From Antedon mediterranea (lineage: Eukaryota; Animalia; Echinodermata), in NCBI RefSeq assembly GCF_964355755.1, contig NC_092670.1, positions 33,220,388-33,284,387 of the forward strand: a DNA stretch of 64,000 bases, read 5' to 3'. A program made the position numbers and the translations under genes. Each line of letters starts with the position of its first letter. Position 1 is the stretch's first letter. Under the pieces are notes generated by a model that did no database searches, was not told the DNA's origin, and saw nothing but the letters and a program-made list of their open reading frames with translations. This document shows positions 36,701 to 48,700 of this stretch, piece by piece.

Positions 36701-39700
36701 ATGTTCATGGTAAATGACAAGCAGTGGTTCTGTTTCAAGTTGAGAGGTTGCTTGAGAGTACTAAGTATAGAGCAAGAAAGTAGTATTAACAAAGTGGAGA
36801 TAAACAAAAAAATTCAATCCAAAATTCATAATTTTTGTATAATATTTGATATCAAAATTGAGTTACAATTGATAGACTTGGAGATTACTCATCTCATTTG
36901 CCCAGATTTCTCTGTGTCAGCTTTCTGTTGACAGAAAAGACACTTAACTATTATTAGAATTTTCAAATTTACTTACTGGCACTGCTATAGCTTGTCTAGG
37001 TCGTGAATTGTCCAGTTTAACCCATTTACTCCAGCTCTCCCAGCAGTCCTGAACTAGGCTTGCTGAATCACTGATAGCAACTGATATGTAGAACTGTCTT
37101 GATGAGATCGATAAGTGTTCTGTTCTGTTTGGGAAATTCCATTCAGATACAGGGTGAACTTTATTGTTACAAAAGGGAATTGGTATTGCACGTATTGAAT
37201 CTTGATTCTTTACTGGAATCTAAGGAAACAATAGATAAATATTGTACTAATAATAGAACACAAATCTGAAATTAATGAAAATTTTATTCGAATCTTGTTG
37301 AACTTTAAAAAAGTGAAAAGTAATATAATGAAGAGAAAAAATGGAGGATGAAGAGTAAAAATGATGGAATGGAGATAAATTAGGATGAGGACAAATGATA
37401 GTGGTAGGAGATAAGGTGGAGAAAAATGTCAGAAGGACCTATATGGTACTGTAAATATGTTAATAATAAGGACGATGGTGACTAATAATATGATAATATA
37501 AATATGTTAATTATGATGATAACAATGATGATAATAATAACAATATTCTGAACTTATAAAGCGCCTGATGTTGTGATATCTCTAAGCGCTGGTTGCAATT
37601 TTGCTTGCAATAGTAGTAGTGTTAGGGTTAGGTCTTAAATTCCAGAATGATAATGAAGAAGATAGTAATAATATTGATTACTAATTATGTAGTATTTTTT
37701 ATTATAAAGTTCACAAAGATGACAATAATAAAAATAGGTTAAAACAAAATATTTTACCATTTGTTTACATCTACTTGTATCAACAAGCCGCAGCATAAGA
37801 TTGTGTTTGCTGTTGTTAATCAACAGCGCCCTCTCTCTAATACTAATTATTCTCATTCCATATTTCATGGATGAAGTAATGTTAAGATGCCAAACACTCT
37901 GAAAGAACAAAAAGTACTACATTTTTATGTTCTTTTTTATTTCAACTTTTGACGGACATTCAAAGGATTTCAAATTAAAAGTTTTCAGACAGAGATACAA
38001 TACAACGAACTGAATGGTGAACAATACTTAAAAACAATAACTAATAATTTATTTCAGATAGTTGAATTTGAATACAGTCTTTTACCAGTAGAGAACATCA
38101 TGCCAATATGTTGATTGGAGTGCCACATCACAACAAAAATTGACTGCATGTGCCTTGAGATATACAGTACACCAATCAAATCTCTCAATCCTGAACATGG
38201 CCTACAGTAGGTTGGCAACTAAATGCTAAACATGATTTCAATATGTATAATTTTTAATGTTTTGATAGTCATGGTTTTAACAAGTTTTAATTGGATACTA
38301 TGGGATACAGCTTCTGGGAAAAGTCAGTGCCAGGGTTGTAACCATGACTACTGTAAAAAATACCACACTATCACATTACACTCAATTGAAAAAATGAAAT
38401 GAAGGTCAGCTTACAATGATCTACGCAATTCATACAAAGGTTATCTTCATTTAGCCAAGTACGAATTCATTAATGGTGCTATCAAAGAAGCTGGCAACAA
38501 CTCAAAAAAGCTTTACAAGATCGTGTTTGAGCTCATTGGTAGACGTAAAAATAACCCACTTCCACCACATGAAACTGATAAACAGTTAGCAGACGACTTC
38601 ATATCTTTCTTTATGGGCAAAATAGAGAAAATACGAGAGGAATTGGAACACTTCCCTTTGTATGAACAAGAACGGCTAATGGCAAATGAATTTATTGCAT
38701 TTCAGGAAGTTAGCGAAGATGATGTTAGGAAGTTGATCATATGCGCAAAACCAACAACCTGCTCCACTGACCCCCTACCGTCGACACTGGTGAAACAGCA
38801 TCTGGATACACTTCTACCACTTATTACAAGGATGATCAACAACTCGTTGTGTAACGGCGTATTTGCTCATAGATGGAAAATATCAGTTATAAAACCGCTT
38901 ATAAAAAAGAAGGGTGTTGAATGTATCCTCAGGAATTATAGGCCAGTAAGCAATCTGTCCTTCGTATCCAAGCTGGTTGAACGCGCATGCTTGAACCAAT
39001 TCATAGCTTATGTTGAGAACAATACCTTATTACCGGCGTACCCATCTGCCTATCGGAAAGGTTTTAGCACAGAGACGGCTTTGGTTAAGTTAACCAATGA
39101 CGTACTCTGGAATATGGAGTTGCAAAGGGTGTCTGCGCTGGTATGTATAGACTTGTCAGCCACCTTCGACACAGTGAACCACGAAGTACTCCTCGATGTT
39201 TTGCAGAACAAATTCGGAGTGGCCAATGCGGCATTGAACTGGTTTGATACTTACCTTCGTCCTCGATTTGCCAACGTAACAATAGAGAGAAATGGCGAAC
39301 CGCGATGACGTCACTCAAATTTCACCGAGTGGGTATAGATTGTAAACAAACCATTTTGCCACATGTTTTTGTATGGGAAATTCCGATGGGTTGAGTTAAA
39401 AAAGTAGGTAGAAAAGAACGTTTAAAACACACATAATAGCAGTATCTTTTTTTTTTTGCAACCCCTTAACGATTTTAATGTTATATGGGCAAATCTTAAC
39501 ATATTTTATTTTAATTTGGATTGAATTAAGACGCGTTTTTGTTATATACTGTACCCAGCTCTAGGCCCTAGATAGTTGGCCTGTATATGCTGTAGTACCT
39601 CGAGTACTCGAGCCTAGCACGGATTATCGGTTATTATAATAATAATAATAATAATAATCATAATAATAATAATATTGGAAATTCGTTATTGCATACTGTA

Positions 39701-42700
39701 CTACTACTACTACTACTTTAGCTAGGGTGCTGCTAAGCCTCTCCTAGCTAGGTAGTAAGACTAAATAGAGCATCTCTAGTAGATGTAGGCCTAGCATTAG
39801 TTTCAGCTTGACAACTGCCATTTTGTTATGTGGCTAGTGATGCTTCCTTCCTGCAGGGGGCTATCGCCAGTAATGAATACTTGATAACACCATTCTACTA
39901 TAATATTATAGGCCTAGTCTAATGTAGACCTACAGATATGAGATATTTTTAGGAATATGATTGTGAATGATGGATGACTTTTATACATAACAAGAATTAT
40001 GAGCGTTACAGCAACAACATTGGTTAGACGACGCCATATTCCTGTGTATAAACATAAGAAATGTGCCGCCCTCAACGGTTTGTTATGATTTTATACCCAC
40101 TCGGATTTTCGACGCCGGTTCGCCATTTCTCTCTATTGGCGAAACTAACTCAGAGACAGCCAATTTGTCCTTCTCTGTACCTCAGGGTAGTATATGTGGT
40201 CCAGTTCTATACACCATATATGCCAGCACTTTACAAGATCATATCAGTAAGTTTGATATTTCTGTGATGGGATATGCCGATGATCACTCAGTGTATGATT
40301 CATTTAATCCAAATTCTAGTTCTAGTATTGAAAATACAATCACCAAATTACAAGAGTGCCTCATATCCATCAATGACTGGATGAAGTCCAACAGACTAAA
40401 AATGAACAGTGAAAAAACAGAGTTCATACTATTGGGAAGCAGAGCTCAACTCCTGAAATGCGACAAAGATCATATCATCGTATGTCAGGACAGAATACCA
40501 TGTGGTTCATCTGTAAAATACCTTTTAATGTGTTAATATCGACGACCAGCTATCTTTCAAGAACCACATACGTGATAAATGCAGAACGATAGCTGTTAAG
40601 TTATACTTTATTCGTCAAATCCGCAAATTTCTCTCCAAGGACCTTTGCCAACAACTAGTTCAATCGCTCGTGCTGTCACATATTGATTACGCCAATGCAT
40701 TGTATTATGGTCTACCTGCTAATACCCTTGCTCCAATGAAGAGGTTACTGCACCAAGCTGCGAAAAAATTGTCAGGAAAGGTCGGTATGACAGTGCAACT
40801 AACGCCATGCGATCCTTGCACTGGCTTCCGATGTCTCATAGATGTCAATTCAAAATAGCGTGTCTTGTATGGCGTTTGCTTAAAGGTTCCGCTCCAAGTT
40901 ATCTGAGAGATATTCTTACTGTGCGGAATGTTTCTCGCAGTACTCGTTCAAGCACCAGCAATTATAACCTGACAATCTCACGAACTAAACGAAAGACATT
41001 TGCTGACCGTTCGTTCGCCGTAGCAGGACCCAAAATTTGGAACAGATTACCAAGTCACATTAAACACTTAGACGACTATAATCAGTTTAAAAAACATTTA
41101 AAAGCACTATATTTCAAACAATGTTACGATACTAATTGATGTGAAGCGCCGCTGATTATAATTAAATGTTGTATAAATGTGCGCTATACAAGTAATAATA
41201 ATAATAATAATAATAATGAAATGAATGAATAAAAAACTAAAAATTAAAAACCAAATCAGATTTAAATACCTCTGCATCTTCCTTCTTCGTCATCGCATAG
41301 AATATACTGCCCTCTGGAGAGAGTTCATTAGGCCCGGTTTCATGCCATGCTGGTGGTTTATCAGCAAGTACAAAAATTGGATCTGCAGAAATACCATCTT
41401 GTGCAATGCCATCAAATACCAAGTTTATGTGGCTCTATTATGAAAAAAAATGTATATAAAGAGGAAATACTATTAACCACACGCTGATATTCTGAAAGTT
41501 AATAAATAAATGGTGAAGTGGGGGAAATCTGGGAAAATATGAACAAGTCTGTCCCACCTGAGATTCAAACTTTCTGCTATTAATTTATGTATTATTTATT
41601 TATTCAAAATCATATAGTGTGTCAAAACACCAATACAAGATCGCAAATCTGTGAAATGGAACATCTACATGAGAAGATAAAAGTTTAAAGCCATGAACAA
41701 TGTGTTTACCTTAAATTTCTGAGGTGCAACAGCTTTGCCTTGCTTTAGTGCTAGGCTTGGTTCCCCTTCTTCCAAAATCACCAAGTCTAACTTGGATTGA
41801 TTAACAATAAGACACCATGGCATGACATCAATAATGATTGTGTTGACCTCTGACCAATGCTGGTGGAGGCTGACCTTCAGGTCAGTATTTGGTTGTTGTA
41901 TATTGTCTATGTCATCTTCTGCCTCCACTGTGTTGTTTGTATCTGTCTCAATACTGGATAACCTATTAAACCAATTATTAAACACAATGGTTAATTAGTA
42001 AAAAGTTCATCTGGATCACTGTATAGTATTTTAAGTAAATTTTCTTTTGGATGATCCAAAGTCGAATAAAATTCGTAAACTTACGTTTTTTACTCTAGCT
42101 TTCGCTGGTCAACGACGCAGCTTAATCATGAGTGAGTCTCTGTGACTTGGACTTGTTACCATTAGATCTCGTATATGGTATAGCGCCATCTATAGATCGT
42201 TCAGGTTTTACCAAATGGGATTGGTTGGCACCTCCTGCCACCACGTCGACAATTCAAAACAACTAGTTGAGGAACTAATCACGCTTGACATTCCTGAAAA
42301 TCACACATTTGTCTTGTTTGACGTTTTGTCTCTTTTCACAAAAACCCCCACCAAAGAAGCAATAGAAATAGTAGAAAGGCGACTTTCACAAGATAAGACA
42401 CTGAAAAAACGCACAAACATGGTCATTAGAGATATAATAGATTTACTATCACTTGTTATTAATACCACATATTTCAGCTTCCAGGACAAAATATATAAAC
42501 AAATTGGCGGTATTGCCATGGGCAGTCCCATCAGCCCGATCGTTACAAATTTGTATCTGGAGGATTTAGAAGAAAAAGCACTGCAAACAGCACCAGACGG
42601 AATGAAGCCAACATATTGGAAAAGGTATGTTGACGACATATTAGCTCTCATTCCAGAAGGATCAGCGGAACATCTTAACTCACACTTAAACACAATTGAC

Positions 42701-45700
42701 AAAACAGGTAACATAAAATTTACAACTGAGCATATGTCTAACAATACATTACCTTTCTTAGACATCATAATTACACTGAACAATGGAGACCTGACGACGA
42801 CAGTTTACAGAAAAAAGACCCACATAGACCAATACTTAAATTTTCACTCCTGCCATCCATTGGAACATAAGTTAAGTGTGGTTAACACTCTGGTTGACAG
42901 ATATGAAAAAGTTGTCACTAAAAAAGACGAGAAACTAACAGAAATGAAAAAGATTAAACATGCGCTCGTTGGGTGCGAGTACCCTAATTGGTCCATGGAC
43001 AAGATAATCCAAAAAAGATCGGAGAAAGGAAAACAAAATGTCAAACAAAAAACAAAAGATACAACCAACAAAAACAAAGGTAACATAGGGATACCTTACA
43101 TACCAAGAATATCAGAAAGAATTAGACGCTGCTTATCTAGTTACAATGTCAACACTTATTTTACTCCACAAAACAAATTAAGAAGTCTTTTAGTTCACCC
43201 AAAAGACAAAATAAAAAATGATGACAAATCTGGTGTAATATACCAAGTAAATTGCAACAACTGCGAAAAAGCATATATAGGAGAAACAGCCAGAACCTTA
43301 TCAACAAGGATAAAAGAACACAAAGCAGATGTCACTTCACATTGTACAGGGATCCTAACACGTTCAGCCAGAAATTCAGCTTCAGAAATTGTTCACAACT
43401 CAGCCATCAGCGATCATGACCACTCACACTCATTTACCAAATTGGAACGTAAAAATACTAGGCACAGAATCGTCATGGAAAGACAGGAAAATAAAAGAAT
43501 CAATAAAAATAAGAAAACATGGTAACACTATGAACAGAGACGACGGCGGTTTGGAACTCCCAAAATTGTACAACAACTTACTAAAGAGGAGGCCCCGACA
43601 ATCCCATTTGGGAAAACCTGAACGATCTATAGATGGCGCTATACCATATACGAGATCTAATGGTAACAAGTCCAAGTCACAGAGACTCACTCATGATTAA
43701 GCTGCGTCGTTGACCAGCGAAAGCTAGAGTAAAAAACGTAAGTTTACGAATTTTATTCGACTTTGGATCATCCAAAAGAAAATTTACTTAAAATACAATG
43801 GTTAATTTCCATAATTTTATAGTTACATCTTAGCTTACAATAGTAAAATAAAAGAATTGCATATATGGTATAAATATGTTTTTTTATGTTATTCATCTTT
43901 ATATTAATATGTCTACTTTCATAATTTTTCCATAACTTGTTAATAAAAACAATGTTACAGTTATCTGCTTTCATAATACATAGAACTGCATATAGTAATG
44001 GCAACAACAACTCTGGAGGAATGTTGATGTTTTTTAGTCTACAATCTAAAATACTCTAAAATGTGCATACTTTACAAGAGATTGCACCTTATTTATGTGT
44101 GCCTTGAAGTTTTATATATATATATATATAATTTGTTTAAAAAGAAAGCTCATTACAATACTACAATATACCTCTTTCCACTTGATCCAATGTATGGCCA
44201 ACTAGCTTCAATCTCTTTTTTCCAGTCATACGCCATCATAGGAATTGTTAGCTTCGGTTCATCACCATCTTCTTCTGATTCTTCATTTCTTTGGACTATG
44301 TCATCCAGTAATTCAGTTGATACTGGTATGCCTGGATTAGAAGGTGATGTATTCTCACTAAAAAAAAAAAATCCATAAAACATTGTTAGCATGCCATAGG
44401 TATATTCATTTTATAATCATTTTTCCTATCATTAGATCAGATTATATGAATAGTAATATTATTGGAAGTATGGCAATTCTCAGTGTAGTAATCTGAATTA
44501 TGACATGTACAGTGACAGAAGATATAATATGTTATAACAATTCTACCTTTACTTGTTTCTATTTACATATTTATTTTTAAAGTAATCTCATTGTAATTTT
44601 GTTAATGGTGGCCTCTGCCTAAAGTCTATTTCTAGACTTCTTTTGACCACCATCCACACTTATAAATAATTATTGATTTATTAAGAATATATATGTATTA
44701 TTTGTGGAAAATCAACAACAACAATGATTCTAGAAACAGTTTTCCGAATTATATTTGAATTGACCTAACAAAAATTCCAGTACACAATATTTACCTCAGT
44801 TGAAAGGTAGCAGAGTGCCATGTTGCCGGAACAACATTATACAGATCTAGCTTGTTACCCTGACCTTTGACATTATACACCTGCACTGAATTAAACTTTT
44901 TACTTTGTAGGCTCATTACTAAAGGTCTTGGAAGGTGGCTTCGCACTGTAAACAGCGGGCTAAAAATTATCTAGAAAATAAGAGGTAAAATGTGTATTAA
45001 GCTCTAGTTACACTATCAAACTTTCTGTGACAACAAAATGTGACGTGCCCATATAATATGGACATGATGATGTCATATCACTACCGTATTTAAGCATATC
45101 ACTACCATATTTGGGCACATCACACTTTTTTTATAGTGTAGACAGAGCTTTACAAAGTGATTAGAAGGAGAACAAGGCCATATACATGGCTGGCCCAGTT
45201 GCGTGTTTAAATTTGAGTTAGTGTTTACCGACCGACCAACATAGTGAGCTATAGAGTCACGTTGCACGCGATTAACGATAATCAATCTAGAAACTATAGA
45301 ATTAACATGAAAACATAACTTTAATTGGTTTCAGTTCAGCAAATGTATAGTGAAAAAAATCCTTGATTAGGTAACCTATTAATTTGTTTTTTGCGTGTGC
45401 CAATGTGCGAAAATAAGATTGCAAACATTTGATTATTGAATTTTCAAAGATAATTAAAAGCTGATTATCATAAGGGCAAATTTTAACAGTTTTAAAATAG
45501 TAATATTGGCTTATAGCTTAATTAACCTCATATTATTTCTTGCTGTTTTCAAAACATATAGTCTGGGAGCCCAGAAGGTTTTAATTAGCAATTTGAATAC
45601 AAAAGGTTTGAGGTGTGGAGTGTGTAGATATGGTCTATGTGACCCAGAAATGGCAATTCTTAAGTGACGGGTCCTGTTCAATTTTAGGGGGGAGCCACCC

Positions 45701-48700
45701 AAATGACCCCTAAAATTGAATTTAATTAGCATATCGAGTACATCGATCAAACCAATCCTAAAAATATGTTCTCCTAACTATCAGGAATCAAGATCCATAA
45801 TTCTTAAGTGACCATTCCTGTGCTAAATTAACTTAAGAACGCACTTAATTAGTGCTAATTAGACATTTAATTAGCATTTTGAGTACATCAACGAAATTCA
45901 CATGACATATACTTATGAACATACTGATTAAGGATTCATCATTCTTAAGTTTGAAATTAATAGGTTTTCCAGTGATAATGAACAGGTTCTATTACTTGCA
46001 ATGTTAACTGCATAAATATGCTAGTACTTACCAGTCTCTGTGTTTCTCCACAATGCTCTTCGGTGTATATACGACACCACAGCTGTACCACACTGCTATC
46101 TTTACAGGAAATCTATTGAAAAAAAAATCTTATAAACATAATTAAATGAAAACCAGAGGGTCCACTAATAAGTTTGATATGATAATATAAAACAAACTCC
46201 AAAGAAAAGTGAGGTAGGCTATTTATGATTCAATATTTCAAATTGCAGATGAATAAACAAAGTGTCAGAGTTTATTTTATATACATAAATATACATTTTC
46301 TCACCTTAATAACGGCATTCTTTCTACTCATTTCACCACACACCGCCATCTGCTCAGACCATTCTGAATCTCTGTTGCCAACCTTAATTCGCATACTTGT
46401 AATTGATTCGTCATCACATGCCAATGAAGGTAGGACGCCCTCTGCAGGTAGCAAGAGTGTCTGCTTACACTCCATACTGCTGCCACCAACTTGTACAATT
46501 TTATTTAATTGTATTTCTAAAGGTATGTTCACACGACTGGAGAAGAGTTGTCGTCCATAGAACACAACCTGAAAGAAAGGTATAATACAAATAATGACTG
46601 TTTATCGGTGCAATGGTACAAATAATTGAAAATAAGTGAAAATATAACAAATTTTTACTTGTCACTAAATCAAATTATTTGTTTCACTGTACAAATATTA
46701 AACATTCATTATTTGACACACATAGTCTACTATGCAAGATGAATCGTTGTAATGGGGCTTTAAAAAGAATTGATTGATTGTATCTGCCAGCTAAGCTCAG
46801 AGTTATCTGCTTGAAGAAAAGAGAAACCATAAAACATACAAGTACAATAATAATATGTAAGACTACTCACCTGTTTCTGAAGTGGAGTAACATTCCTGAT
46901 GTTAATGAACAAAGTAGCAGAATGTCCTTTGTGTTGCAGCTTACGTACGATAGTTGATCGTTCATCTATACTGAAGGGTTCAGACCAACGCCAGTTACGC
47001 CAACCCTCAATGCACACATGGATTTTCTTTAAAAAAGAAATTTAAAAAATCAGCTAATGTAAACAGATTAACGGTTTTATTGTTGTCAGTAAGCTAACTG
47101 GTGACCTTCTAACAGAAGTGGCACCAGGAATTCATCACTGGAGGTGGGGAACATGTCCTGAAGAAAAGCACATGAATAGATAAAAGTTAACTTATGCTGT
47201 TGTAATAGCCTATCTATAATTTTTTTGCAAATCTTTACTGAAAACTAGTTGCTTCATTAATGGTTCTCCTCCGAACAGGTTTAGATCTCCAAGCTTTAAA
47301 TTGCAGTCGGCCACTGGCCAAAAAAATTATAAATGAACATACTTGTCCCCAATGTACAGTCTTATGTGTACGCCAACTGTAAGCATGCATCTCTCTGCAT
47401 TTCAAAACAATTGATTCATCTGTGTGTACTTGGCCAAATCGTAATGTTTCAACGGTGTCATTACATATTGTGTAGTAAGTTAACACGAGTTCTTCTTTAT
47501 CTTTCTGTTTATACTGTAAAAGAGAAAACCAATATATTATGAAGTAGATCTTTGGAATTAATTAAAGACACTTATTATATGGAGATATGTTTGATGAGGC
47601 TATCATTTGGTCTGGAGGTTATTGGCATGGTTGATTATGCATCAAATTCATTGTTCCCTATCAGCATGTTGACCATGCCTTATTTTCTTTCGGGCAGATA
47701 GACTATGTGCCTTTATATTGCTGTTCATCGGAACAGAGAACTAGCCTGTGATGATAGTGATTTCCTTTTAAAATAATGACATTTCTCCTAAGGTTTGCTG
47801 GACATCTGATCTGTCAGAAAGTTTAACTTGCATTAGGGAAATTTAGATTTTTGATAAATTGCTCAAAAATTTAAGAAAAGAATGAATGATGATACTAAAA
47901 CATCCAGATCTTGCGAACATATATGTCTTGGAAGACATTGGTGGTGTCACTCAATTTCATCCAGTTTTTAAACATAGAAATATCGCTTATGGATAGCTTT
48001 TACAAAGAAAAGAATATGAAAACGATTGAGTGATATACTGATATGAATAAACCTTTGCCACAGCACATACCAGAATTAACTCACCATTTCAGTTATCAAA
48101 CATTATTCTACTAATGACGTTACCTGATTCCACGCCTGCAAAGCCAGATTCAAAGTATGAAGTGTGCTCTGACCAATGTTAATATTCATAGGTCCAAGGT
48201 CGGCCTGCATCTCGCACACAACACCTGAATCCAGATCCAGAGATGCTTCTAACTCGCAGGGTTCAAGAAATTGTTGTACAGTCAAATTTCTGTATTCCAG
48301 CAGTTTACAGGATAAAGTTGAAGTAGCCTGAATTAAATGTGAATATATGTTACCAGAAGATTAATTTAATAATTTCACATAAAATTCCCAATAAAAGAAA
48401 TGTAAATGGAGAACAACATGCAACTTGCAGCCTACTGGGATAGTAGTACAGTTACTAGTTGCCATCAATTTCAAATCAATCAAAGAGAATTTACTTTTAA
48501 CTGAAAACTGATAATACACTGGTCCAATGCTTATAAATGTTCTAGAAAGTCTAGATTTTCTTAATTTCCTGCATTTTCAGTTTTGTCAAATTTGAGTGGT
48601 ATCTTTATTATTAGGTTGTATTCATTGAAAGAGGTCAGGTGTTCAGGAAACCTGTTCAGTATGTGCCATCTCAGACTATACTTTGAAATTAACTGCTTTG

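Larger units (their letters stand above)
41997..43796 (+). mobile_element. Penelope/Poseidon-type retroelement, 5'-truncated with inverted pLTR, tail and TSD
   Basis: RT ([30 protein letters not shown]) and GIY-YIG ([15 protein letters not shown]), one frameshift near 43420. 42026-42223 is the reverse complement of 43599-43796 with one mismatch seen. TSD (AC)AATGGTTAATT at 41984-41996 and 43795-43807. Confidence 0.95.

Noticed and set aside
42301-43690. Minus-strand ORFs 42301-42783, 42844-43086 and 43430-43690 (similar cases at 15608-15889, 19827-20105, 57913-58172, 61608-62015)
   Set aside because: Antisense shadows of real coding sequence with no recognisable motifs.
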